A stretch of 64,000 nt of DNA from Marsupella aquatica (Eukaryota; Plantae; Marchantiophyta), in NCBI GenBank assembly GCA_973895155.1, contig OZ316892.1:20161869-20225868 (forward strand), written 5' to 3'. Of this stretch, positions 26,883 to 38,770 are shown piece by piece. The notes below the pieces were generated by a model. It had not been told where the DNA came from. It was given only the letters and a program-made list of their open reading frames with translations, and ran no database searches. The translations under genes were made by a program, and so were the position numbers. Position 1 is the stretch's first letter. Every line of letters begins with the position of its first letter.

Positions 26883-27761
26883 TCACTTTGATTCAGAATC
26901 GCTAATGACCCATTCCTCACTTGTTGTCTCATAGTCCTCTCTGTAAGGATCCTGACCCTTCCGTGGCCAGGCCTCAAAAAGATCATAGTCCATTGGGTTT
27001 TGACGCTTCCCAGCTACTACTGATTCCACAAGCCAAGCATATGAAACCACAAACACATTATGGGACATGACATAAAAGCGAATGTCTCCCTTCCCAAACT
27101 TGCGGCAGGCTTTGGGATATGACTTAGTAATGACATGAGTGGTGTCCTCTGTTATATTCTCCTCCACTGTCCCACCTAGGTCAAGCACTGTGGACTTGTA
27201 CACTTTGCACTTAACCTCTCCAATTCCCGCCTCCACAAATACCATGCTCAGCCCTTTCAGAATGGGGGTTGGTTGCTTCGTCTCCTCAGCCAACATACAC
27301 TTCAGCCTTGTAGAGCTCTGTCCTTTGTTGAGTACAGGTCCATATTGGAGATCAGCAAGCCGTGCCTTTGCTTCCCAGACTTCTTGTTCAGCCCAAGCTT
27401 ATGCAGAAGCTTCTTCATCCTCCCACAACTCATATTGCTCAGTATCCTGTACAATCTTATGTGCTATGGAATCTGTGATCCAAGAGGCCTCAACTACTTT
27501 TAGGCCTTGCTTAGTAATTGCAGAATTCATGTAGGACCATGACCACTTCTTTATCACTGATAGCCATGTCCCTGCAACAACATGTGTAGTCTCTGGAGTG
27601 ATGTCCTGAACTACAGTGCCATGGAGCTCAGAGAATCGTTTCTGTACAGTTGGCCAATGCACTTTGGTCAACCCATGCTGGCCATGGACCAAAATCGCTC
27701 TGACCCCTGTAAACACTGCTGGGTGGTCACACTTTCTACGTTTACCAGGCTCCATGTACAC
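26883..27761 (-). pseudogene. Tandem BRCT-domain protein with one in-frame TAA at 27399-27401
   Basis: Both ORFs are in the same frame. LHGTVVQDITPETTHVV...VVEASWITDSI and LGGTVEENITEDTTHVI...VVSYAWLVESV are BRCT signatures. Confidence 0.8.
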
Positions 27762-28347
27762 ACACTCTACGTGATGACAGTGAATTTTGGAAGAATGGGT
27801 TCACCTGACAATACAAGGACAACAAAATTCCTGCTTTTTGAGTTGATCTGGCCCACTGGTGCTCAGGTCCGATTTTGATAGGTACAAGGGATATGTGAAC
27901 AATACGTACTAGGCACCTGCACGGATGCAGGACATTGTTTGAATATATACTACAAAATCCATATCCGTGGTGAAATGAAGTGCAACCAACTTGTCATGGC
28001 ACATACATATTTTGTTGTAAAGGAGGATACATTCAATGACAAACTTATAGGGCAATTTGATTAATTGCATGCCTGATAATTTATACGCTTACAACTTAGA
28101 AGTCCTGTTTTAATTTAGCAGTCTGATGAAAGTGTTTATGAAAATGACCACTCAGCCTAAATACTTCCAAGAAGGCTTGTAAGGATAAGTTTGTATAGGC
28201 ATGTACCCAGCCACTGACGCCAGAGCACAAGATAAGTGCTGCCTATATAAACTCGCCTACCCAACTCCTTTTCAAAATTGGAATCTCTGCAATCTCAAAA
28301 AATAGTACATCCACATCAGGTGCACTGTGCATGTACAATGTTCAGCT

Positions 28348-29028
28348 TCACAGCCAAGATATGTGATCTCTCACAGGAGTGCGCGAGGTAGGATCAATGG
28401 TATGGCGATGACAATAAAATATCCATCGATCAACACCATGTGCAGAGTGATCATAGATTTCTCTGTCACAAGCATAACCCTCTGCTTGATGATCTTTCAG
28501 GCAATGATAGTGCCACATAGTGGGACACCTAGCACAGTGGACTATGTCAGTCCAGTAGTCATCATCATGCTCACCACATGCCTTGCACCTATGAAGTGGG
28601 CAAGCTGTGGCATGAGCAGGCAAACACTCAAAACAGAAAAATCTCACACAAAAATGGTCTGGACATTTCCTAACATTTGCTGCAGCATCAACAGAGCCCT
28701 CATAGGACCCCAACTTCCCACACTGTGCACACTTAGCCTGCTTCTCCAAACAATCAGTGCACATCCAGTCTCCCTGGTGTGTTGACGGGAGGCCCACCCC
28801 TGGACAGTTGTTTTCTGCAGCAAGGTCAGACTCCGGGTTGAGGTGGAAATGCCTCATGCAAGGGCCCTCACAAATGACCAGGCCCCCACCATCGTCACAA
28901 ATGGCACAACAATGAGCTGCCTTCTGGAAAATCTGACTTGCAGAGAAGTTAGTAGCATCTGCCCCAAGTACACCTGTGTTTCTCACCTCTGTCACACGCT
29001 TTTTGGCTTGAATTTTAGGCCGTGCCAT
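28348..29028 (-). CDS. EDM2/NSD-type composite PHD-finger protein
   Basis: CAICDDGGGLVICEGPCMRHFH...WMCTDC...CAQCGKLGS...CPLHRCKAC...CARCPTMWHYHCL; open ATG-to-stop ORF. Confidence 0.8.
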   Translation of the reverse strand: MARPKIQAKKRVTEVRNTGVLGADATNFSASQIFQKAAHCCAICDDGGGLVICEGPCMRHFHLNPESDLAAENNCPGVGLPSTHQGDWMCTDCLEKQAKCAQCGKLGSYEGSVDAAANVRKCPDHFCVRFFCFECLPAHATACPLHRCKACGEHDDDYWTDIVHCARCPTMWHYHCLKDHQAEGYACDREIYDHSAHGVDRWIFYCHRHTIDPTSRTPVRDHISWL

Positions 29029-29726
29029 GCCTGCGCATGAGATAGACTCTACAATTTAGCAGACTGCACAGAAAGTAAAATATATTTAGCATTTAAGGTA
29101 CAAAGGCATTTGCTACTGCAATGAATTGGAATGGCCACACAAGGATGCAGAGCACACATACTTTTGGTATGTTGAGCCCACACACAAAACTGATCCCCTA
29201 ATACAATTTCTCCACCAACACCTCAATTTTAATTGTGGCTATGATTCACCAAAGGAGATCTGCAACAACATTTCATGCATTTGAATCACATACAATAGTC
29301 GTGACATGTAAAACAGGCATTCTTCGAAGAGGATTGGTATGAAGCAGTGTCATAAGGGTTGAAATTTATACATCCTAAATAGGTTATGATAGTGGCTGAG
29401 ACAAATAAGTGAGGCATAAATCATTTTGCATATTATCACATGGCCCATTAATTCATTCAACGTTGCAATGTTCACCAGGTTAAAGCAGTCATGAAAGCAG
29501 TCTTTCAATAGAGACTTTTATGCGAGTTTGCTAGCCTCTTAAATTAGGATATTTTGCTTAGTGCAGGCATAATAGGATATAAGTTATGTACTGTTGACCC
29601 TAAACCCTGGACCCAAAATTGCTCATACATCAAAATTTTAAGTAAATATCCTCTGTGTTGAAGTCAGAGTGTTAAGCTATAGGTCAATGGTATCTGGTCT
29701 GTGCATGCGGTGTGACAAGTGGTCCT

Positions 29727-30176
29727 CTAGAGCATGTGATCCAAACATGTGTAGACACCAAAGTCACCGGTGGTGGGGTCTGGGAGGGCAGGACAAGTGA
29801 CATCACCAGGCACACTGCAGGATGGCGAGTGGTTCCAGATGATACATTGTGCTCTGTGCAAAAATCGGCATCCAAGAGAACGGTCATCCAATTCTGGGCC
29901 AGAAGCCCTACAGGCAGGACAGTCATATTGGCAACTGTGTACACACCCTTGGCACCTAATTTGTGGCGGGTCATGTACAAGAGACACAAATACCAAGGAT
30001 GTCGGGAAGGGTACTGAAGCAGGTAGAGGCCGGCTGTAGTTGTTCCTGGAAACAACAGGGTACTCAAAGTACCATGCAGACTGGGCTGGAAGGATCCCAA
30101 GTCTGACATACTCAAGGCGCAACATCTCTGCCTTGCGTGCAAGTCGCACATGTTCAGCGTTGCGGGTCCTCACCAT
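29727..30176 (-). CDS. Small Cys/His-rich (PHD/zinc-finger-like) protein
   Basis: CQGC...CPAC...GCRFLHRAQC...TCLDH; open ATG-started ORF in the CACTA orientation. Confidence 0.4.
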   Translation of the reverse strand: MVRTRNAEHVRLARKAEMLRLEYVRLGILPAQSAWYFEYPVVSRNNYSRPLPASVPFPTSLVFVSLVHDPPQIRCQGCVHSCQYDCPACRASGPELDDRSLGCRFLHRAQCIIWNHSPSCSVPGDVTCPALPDPTTGDFGVYTCLDHML

Positions 30177-31184
30177 AAGTGTTGCTTTCGTTGTGATGTC
30201 CTCTGTTCACGTCCTTTGATGAGCAAGGTGAGCAGGAGGTCGACTTGCCTCGCCAACAGCAACCACCTAAACTAATCAGTTCCCACTCATTGTCTTGGTT
30301 CCAACTACAGGTCATAGTATACACATAGCATGAAACGTGCATAGTACATATTTGATTCTGAGTTTATGAGTTTCCTAAGACAAAGAGCTTGGTGATAAAC
30401 CCATATTCTCGACAGACATGTATATCAATCATATTAAACTCCTGTTTTTTCATCCAGAAAGACCGAAAGTCTCACCTTGCAGGTTGCAGCAGAGAGAAAA
30501 TTCACTGGTTGTCGTGTTGTGCAAGTGAACCTCCACTGATGCCCCGGTGTAGCCCCTCAGATGCAGGTGACACTTACCAACTCCCAAGTTGCCTGGTCTA
30601 ACAGAAAATGCTTATATCTTCAGAACTTTATAGAGCAAGTACATGATCACATACTTCTGGATCTATTCATATTTGGAACTCTTGCCAACTACAACTCCCA
30701 TTATGCACAAGCTCACATCAACAGAGAAAGATATAGAATGCATACTTACTATGGCTCTAAGCACCTTCACTACCTTGTTGAACCCAGTCCTGAAGTCTTT
30801 TCAGCGTGTTTGTTGTGCTGTCTCCTTTGGCACCCAACACCTTAGTCCTTGATGTAACAGAATGCGATTTTACAAGTTAGATGCTTTGGAACCTTCTATG
30901 GTCTTAGCTGAATTGATGTCATCGTAAGTGGTGAAAGACAAGGAAGACGAAAGCTGGTTGAAGAGCTGTGGACAACACACTAGCATGAAGTGCTTCAACC
31001 AATCCACTGCCAAACGGAACTCTTACACAGTCACATTCTTTTAGTAAACAAAAACTCAGTCAAACTTCAGAATCAAAGTACAGACTCTGAAGGACCAAAG
31101 GAGGATGTTGTGAGTTTCTCTGTTGTTTAATGTGTTACCCTTCTAGTTTCGAAGTTAGCAAATGCTGAATAATGTGTCTACCAG

Positions 31185-31527
31185 ATCTTCGAAAAGAAGC
31201 CCACCACAATTAAGAACTTCTGTATCTGGGTCCACGTATCAGAGTCGTACAGGTTATCACAACATGTACAAGGAATATTGTGATACCACAAGAAACGGAG
31301 CTGCAGAGCAGATGTATGATGAGATGGCTTCTTGTCATAGAGTTCGGTTCCCTTGCATCCAGATCATGAAGACTACGACAGTCCCTGTCTCTCTGTGCAA
31401 GCGAGAAAGTACCAAGCAGTTCCATGATTCAAAGATCAAGTTCCCCTTGACGTACTGCAAGATTCAACCTCCATTGCGAAAGCTAAAGAAGACTTACAAG
31501 GCCACCAAGCCCAACACAATTGTTTGA
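31185..31527 (+). pseudogene. RPL18A: Captured fragment of 60S ribosomal protein L18a (eL20), C-terminal exon
   Basis: [32 protein letters not shown] and [18 protein letters not shown]; starts after a cag acceptor; frameshift near 31230. Confidence 0.9.
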
Positions 31528-34500
31528 GTAGTGCGGGTGCAGGTTCCCAATTTTGAGACAATTTGGCTCATTTTATGTCCCGAGGGAATCCTGGAGTTTA
31601 TGTATTGAGTTTCTAGGTGAAGATGCTTAATATAAGGAAATTCAATTATCACTTCGTTCCCAACTTCTATTAATTGAAAATACACAAGCTGGAAGCAAGA
31701 AGACAAGCCACAATCTAGCATCTTAGCCAAACACAATCGTCCCGACAAAGCAAAACTCAGCTGGACAGAAGTCACTCGGATCCACAAAAAATTGAAGATT
31801 CACCTCCAAGCCGGAGGCTGATCACTTCAGTACAACAGCTTCTAGACGGAACAAACTCTGCTCAGCCCCACAGAAACACAAATGTTAAGGCTCCAAGTCA
31901 GAGCTCACAAACAAAACTCAGATAAATAACATTCAAAATCTGTCCAGGTTTGTGCAAAGTGTACATATTCATTCTTCTGGAATGAACACGCAATGCATAC
32001 ATCACCTAGACACAGTCATTATAAATCATTGGGCGATTGGGGACCACTAAGCAGGTGTGTTCCTATTTCGAGGCTACAGGAAAGGATAGAGTGACACCAA
32101 ACTCAAGAGTACACCAAAAGAAAAACAGCAAGAACCAAAGTCAATCATGTGTGGATAAACTGCACATGGGAAGTTCCCCTGAAGAAGCATCAGTTGCTAA
32201 CATTGTCACCCGAACCACACCTAGTTTATGACCTCAATGTCTTCAGCCTCAATATCCAATCCTCAGCCCCCTGGTGCTTCCGTGTTTGTTCTGAAAATTT
32301 CTGTGATGAAATAATTATTCAATACATTCAATAGGAGTTCAGACAATCTGAAGAGGACTTTGGACTTGAATGGGGGACAGCGTGGCCATATAGTTATCCT
32401 TGTGGCCTTCAGCTACGTGTCTCACGCTGAATTTCACTTTCCAGTTTCGAGAGTTGTGAAGGTCTAGTTTTAGTAACTTCCTCCTGACTCGACTTGGGAG
32501 CATTCTCTGTATTTGCTAGCTTGTAGTTAGCTTTGACTCCTTTCAGCTTAGTTGACGACCCTCTTGAGATATTAACAATTAATATCAAAGGCATTGAAAC
32601 AAAGCGGGTGGCAGTTTCAGTATCTCAGGCAATGCAAAATTAATCCATACTTAATCAGCCCTGGCCACACATTCCTTCAAAGCCCCTCATACTAGCAAGC
32701 AGGTCTGGCCTGTGAATCTTGTAGTGCTTAACGATACAAAGCCTTCCCAAGTACCAATTCAAAAGTAGCAGAAATAGATCGAAAGCTAGTTCCGATGATA
32801 GCTCCCAAAAGCTTTCCTCAGCCCGATTCCTATGCACATCAGAGGAGCTCAAACCATTTAGAAATGAGATCACAGATTACTCTTGACAATCTCAAAAATG
32901 CCACAACCTAAGCACTGACAGCTCCGTCCCCCCATTCTAATTTCTCCGACAAGTTTGCCTTAAAGCACATCCACTCGTAGTTCAAGCAGATTCAGAATCA
33001 TCATAGACAATAGAGTGTTCTACCATAGCCCACGGTAGGTCCACGGCCATCGTAACAAACGCTCCACACCCGGGGCTTATTAGTATTGCTCACTTTTAAG
33101 AAGGGCAGTTTTCGCAAAAGCAGTCTAATTGCCTAGACTGCACTAGAAAAGTTGGAGGCAATATCACAGCGGAGCATTCTGCGTCTAAGGGAGAGCGACG
33201 CCGTTCAGGAGATAGATGCGCGAGAGAGTGAAGATGGTGGGGAGCGGAAGACGGGTTGGGACTGGACCCTTGGTGCCGGTGGGTAATATGTGGGGTTTCA
33301 ATGAACAATGGGCCAGTTTGAGGAGGATTAAGAAGCGCGCACCCCACGTTCTTGTGTGGTGGTTGGGTGGGGTTTTGTTTGATAGAAGAAGAAATCACCA
33401 TTCTCTTATGGAAGAAAGAAAATCGCAGGAAACAGTGGGCGGGAGAACAAGGCATGTAATAGAGAACAACGAGGCATGTAATAGAGTACTTGCGGTTACT
33501 CTAACGGTGCACGAACACTCACCTTTGTCTTCCGCTTTGTCTGCTGTGGCCAACAAATCCCAGAGCGCTGCCGAGCTTGGTGGTTGCTTGATGGTTGAAA
33601 GTGCGTAGCTCACGTCCCTACCTCAATGTCCAACTCAATGTGGGATGCAGCAGCTTCTCTTGGTCGCATCTCCTCTTCGTCGCATCTCCTCTTGGTTGCA
33701 TCTCCTCCTTGTCGCAGCTCCTCTTGGGGTTCACAGCTAGCGCGCAGCAGCGCTCGATGGTTGACAATGCGCAGCTGAGCTAGGAGAAGAACTGAATGAC
33801 TGTGGCTGCTCTTCTCTGCAGTCCAAGCACCCGGCTGGCAGAATGCTACGACACCTGAAAGAAGCGCACTTTCAGCTGCATGGCCGGGACTAGTAGAAAC
33901 CGTTGACGGTGAAGGGCATTCTCGGTTTGGACCTCCTCTCTCCAACCCCTTCTAACCCGCACCTCCAAAGTTGATTCGGGAGTTGATTAGCAATAACGTC
34001 GCTCCTATGCCAAAGGCACCAAGAACCAAGCCAAAAGAAAGGGTTTAGCAAAGGGAGAGCGATGTAGTGTGCACTGATCAATGACTCAAAGTTGACGTCG
34101 AACCCTCCATTGCGCTAGCTATTGGCGATTGCCACACAGAGAGCAGCCGTATGTAGCAAACTGTAATGCAGATACTCCCGTCAAAGGTCGATGCGTCACA
34201 CTCAGCTTTAGAGGAAGGATAAACGATTGAGCAGCATTGCATTGTGCAAAAATGTTGGAGAAGCACATTGCTTCCAGGCCCGAGCTCACCTCCTTCCCCT
34301 TTCACCACTTCGCAACTCCTCCAAGAGACATTCACTCAAGGGCACATCACGCAGTTGCTTGCCCTCCTCAGAAGCTCAACACCACAGCCACCAAAGTTGT
34401 CAGCTCCCACTGCAACTGAACAGGTCACTACCAAAAGCCCGCTCCCACCGCAGCTGAACAAGTGAGCGACACAAGAGTGTAGGACCTCCGCCAAGCCCAG

Positions 34501-36076
34501 GGCAGCAGCTCAATGAAACTCAATTTGCAACTCGTCTCACTCTCGCTCTTGCTGCAAAGAAAAAAAAGCGCAGGTCAAACTCCTTTGTGGCCTCAGTCCC
34601 CACCGCTTTCCCCAAGCTATGGACAACTACTAGCAGCTTGCGCTCACAGCATGACATCCAGGTCTTTAGCCAACTGCACACTGGAAACCGAGAGAAGTGA
34701 GCGCAGTCACGCAAGGCCAAAAAAGACCAAAGTTGAGCCAAAGCAAAACTTTACTAATGTATTTACAGTCAAGCATGAGGGCAATCAGGTAAGCAGAAGA
34801 CCACGCATTCCCGCAAAGAGTTGTAGGTTCTCGTCACTTCCTCGCCTCTATATAGAAGGTCGATCGTTGTATCTCGGGTACCCAATGATAGTGGAGATGA
34901 ATGCAAATAGGCCTCACCAATCGCCAGTCATCCGCGATAAACCTCCCGACAACCTTTGTAAACTCTGGACCCAGCCTCAACCTCACTCAGCACAGTAGCA
35001 AAACCTAGCAATGTCACCGCTGCAATGTTTTGTGCTTGCATTAAGCAGCCTCCTAAACCCACAGCTCCTTCCACTGCCAACAAAATGCCAATGACTCAAC
35101 CCTCATTCCAACCCCGAGCTCCCAATAGTAGCGAGAATCCAAGCCTTTGACTGCAAGCGCACAGCGGAGACAAGACACTCAAAGAAGCTCGATAGGATTC
35201 ACTCAGGAAACCTAGGGCCCAAGCCTGACGATGTTCGGCTCTTCCTTCTCGCTCGCCAAATGCCGACACTCTGTGCGCGCGAAGGCACTCGTCGTTTCTC
35301 CCAAGGGTTTTGGCACAAGGGGTTTGGGAAAAACAGTCAATGGGCAAAGGCATTACCATGTAACACGTGGAAACTTGTGGCATGGTCCATTAGGTGAAGG
35401 GGTTCATGAAGCCAATTGAGGGCAACACGCATTACAAGGAAGAGTAGGTAGAAGTGGTCTTGCGGCAAAGGCATTGCATTGTACCCTTAACAAAAAGAGT
35501 CCCTAATATTGGGCTGTTCAATATTCCTAGATGAAGGGAGTTGCAACCATTTGAAATTGGCCAAGGGGTATATTTGGAGACAGAATGCTGCCAAATGATG
35601 TTAGTGGGTTCAGTGTGTGTCTTTCTCTTTGTATGATGGAGTAACCAGTGGCCTGCATCATGGCGCGCGACTTGCAATTGCACCGACCTCCGGTACATAT
35701 ACCTATAATCATTTTGTCAATCATACATATAAAGTATATATGTATGGGTTGGATTTGGGATGTGGGTCGGCATTATTATTTAATAAGAGCCAAAGTTATA
35801 TTGTTCTTATATATGTGCAACCATGGTGATAAATATGGCAGAAAGCGCTATTATAATTGTGCTGAGTCACTTATAAAACTTCAAAATAATTGCCTACACT
35901 AAGTTACAATTGCAACACTCCAAATAGTTATAGATATGACTCTCCAAAAATTCACCAAAACTTAGTTGAGAAGGTGTAACAAAGATGACACCAATAACCT
36001 TGGAGTCACTAATTTCCAAAGGTCTCAAGTAAGTCATGTAAGGGAGGGTCTCAGATAGGGCCGGTTTCTTCTAGTG

Positions 36077-36877
36077 TCCATAGTGGACTCTTACCCTCCC
36101 TAGTCATGGTGGTCGTGTGGGTCATCGGGAGACTGCCTCATGTATATAGACCATTTTTTGAGAAGCAATTGGGAGCAGCTTTAGGAAGAGTACTTTCTCC
36201 AAGCGCCTTCATTTACTGCATGTGCTTTGTCTGACCCAACTCATCACTCCACGCCTCTTGAGCATAGGCACCTTCACCGAACTTGTCATTTAGCCTAGGC
36301 TGGAGAATATTGTCATGTTGTCCAGACCCTTTCTCCCACCACGCGAGCTCCTCTTGGTGAGGCCACCTTGAGTCCCCTAAAGTCATGATTTCCATCCACA
36401 ACCCTATGATGAGCTTCGCCCTTATTTGTGGAGAATTTTGAGCCCAAGGAGGATCTTCAGTTTTGTATGGAATATTTCACCTTAGTTTGCCGTACTCCAT
36501 GCTCCACGTTGTTCTGTTGGGGGCCCCTTGGACTATATTTTTGAGTATTTTTGTGACATATTCTCCCCTGAAGACCCTTAGTTAGGTTTTCAGTTTTCTT
36601 GTCATTTTTCCAATGTACTGTACATAGCACGACGCTTGTCGTCTGTTTATTAAACGGTAACTACGCATATTTCCACTTCTTCACAACCAATATTGTTTTA
36701 ATCGTATCACGGGGACGTGGAGGGATGCTATTCAGACTTCATTATGCTATGAATAAGTATATTTGTTTCCGCTCCCGGAATGACATTTTTTGATCAAGTC
36801 TGCCTACTTTCTCACCCTTCACTATTTTTGATTAAGTCCTATGGATTGCACTTTCCTCTTGGTCTCTAGTGGAGTGC
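36077..36877 (+). mobile_element. Degenerate fragment of the CRE-like LINE family
   Basis: Clear DNA similarity to the reverse complement of ~45300-46030 (e.g. ctcttaccctccctagtcatggtggtcgtgtgggtca). Confidence 0.85.
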
Positions 36878-38770
36878 TGTCACCACTCCTTTGGATCACA
36901 AGACCGACCAGACCTTGTAAACCTCTCTCAAGAATCCACTTGGTGGGTCCTCTCACGAAAAAAACATACCAAAACGGCTATGGGAAGAACACAACTATGA
37001 AAGCACCAACATCATAACACATAACGCACTTTGGAGAGTCAATCTGAATCCGTATCTCTTAGTGACGAGCAATGCATTGCATGAGTAACCTGGCCTCCTG
37101 CCGTCTACTCAACTCCTGCCTTACTAGGACAATGACAGTTACTTCTCACCTCACTACTCCATAGTACTTCCTTCTCTATGCTACGAGCTACGTTTCATCA
37201 ACTCTAGACCGAGTTCCCCCCGATTCACTACGGAGCTCCCACCTAAATACCAAAAGAAAACACACCAAAGCACCCCTCACGGGGTTACAACAATGGCGGC
37301 TACCCTAGCGGCGCCGCTAAAACCCTACACAATAAATTCCTAACCTAAAACATGTGGCACACACATGTTACCTAAAAACCCTAAACTAACTATGGGACCA
37401 ACGGTGCCTTTGACGATGCCAAACAACAATTCGGAATTTGTAGTCACGGGAAGTGAGGGGGCCCTCCCATGGTCAAAACCTAAATTATTTCAAACAACTC
37501 CCCTGAGGGGAACCTGGACAGCCCTATTCCTCCTGAACACGGATCCGTAAATGGTACTCAAAACGGATCTCGAATAGCCAAGATATGACCGTTTAAGTTT
37601 TTACAGGATAGGTACGTTTCCCTCTGTTTCGTCCATACAACACCAGGGGGCCCTGGCTTCTCCCACAATAGGGGTCCCCGGCTTTGCTATTGCCGTCTCC
37701 ACTTCTGGGAAAAACTAGGGTCCATGGCTGTTGGATGTATGGACGTTTGTACGATCCGACATTGAGAAACATTGTCAAAACATAATCTAACGTATGTCGT
37801 GCGCATAAAAATTGTTACACAACATACATCGCTTGACACACATATCTAAGCATAGTCACAATCAATATCACAAACATAAGAGAATGGAGTACAAGTGGAA
37901 CTCTTATCCACACATGTCCAAAACCCACAATCACCCCCCTAGTTGGGAGTGAGGTCCCCTAACTCTAGCTAGCCATAAGTTCTACAAGGTTGATATACAC
38001 CTTTTAAAGTATGGAGATCAGGAGGCCGGGTGCAAGTGAGCCCCATCGATCACCTTCCTGCAATCTATACCTTCCATGAGAACACCAATGGTAACTAGTC
38101 GGCTTCATCGGCATTGAGGACACAACCATGATCCACTAGGAATCAAATTTAATGGTGGTGTCAAACACGACTGTGTCATCCTCTAGAACACTTATCACAA
38201 ATCAACATAATGATTGCTCCTTGAGAAGATCCACACAACATACACTTCAAGTCGACATGAACATGAGCCAAATTTGGATGACATGGTGCACAATTGCGCA
38301 CATGATCCTTCAAAATCATACCATCACGTCCTTCCAACATTAGGACACCAGAAGATAACACTTCGCACACGTAAGATTGTCCGACCTGCGGTCACATCAA
38401 GTGTCATTGGTGCTGTTTGCTGCAAATAAACAAAATCACCACGATAAAATCGTTGAATCCTTGACCGATAACCTCCTCCACGAAGGTTGGGCGATGGCAA
38501 GGTTGTCAAAGGCCATGGGCACGACTCTCTCAAAAACTTGTGCCCTTTTTGAACACACCATGACCCAAACATCGGGATCATCCAAATCCACAACAATCAT
38601 CACATCGCGATGAATAGCCGCTGACAAATCTGGCTCTCTATCATAGAGCAAGAAATAAGATGAGAAAGATGTAAGTGATGCTTGTCGACTGAAACGATAA
38701 CCCATAGCTAACCAAGGTAGCTAGAGATCCCAATCTCCCAAATGACCAACCTACAAGCCATACTTACGTA
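36878..38770 (-). mobile_element. Truncated Gypsy: integrase C-terminus with PHD finger, PPT and 3' LTR (~36878-37929)
   Basis: WDL*LPWLAMGYRFSRQASL...LLYDREP and CMLCG...MLICDKCSRG; minus-strand aggggggtgat followed by TG at 37929. Confidence 0.75.

Larger units (their letters stand above)
18000..36076 (-). mobile_element. CACTA (En/Spm) DNA transposon, ~18 kb, with cargo
   Basis: TIRs CACTAGAAGAATCCG (18000) and CGGTTTCTTCTAGTG (ends 36076), gtgac/gtcac subterminal repeats, and TnpD and TnpA homologues. The flanks (tgt vs tcc) do not form a TSD. Confidence 0.92.

Noticed and set aside
26581-29610. Isolated ccctaaa telomere-like words at ~26582 and ~29598
   Set aside because: Single units, expected by chance or as telo-boxes; no array.
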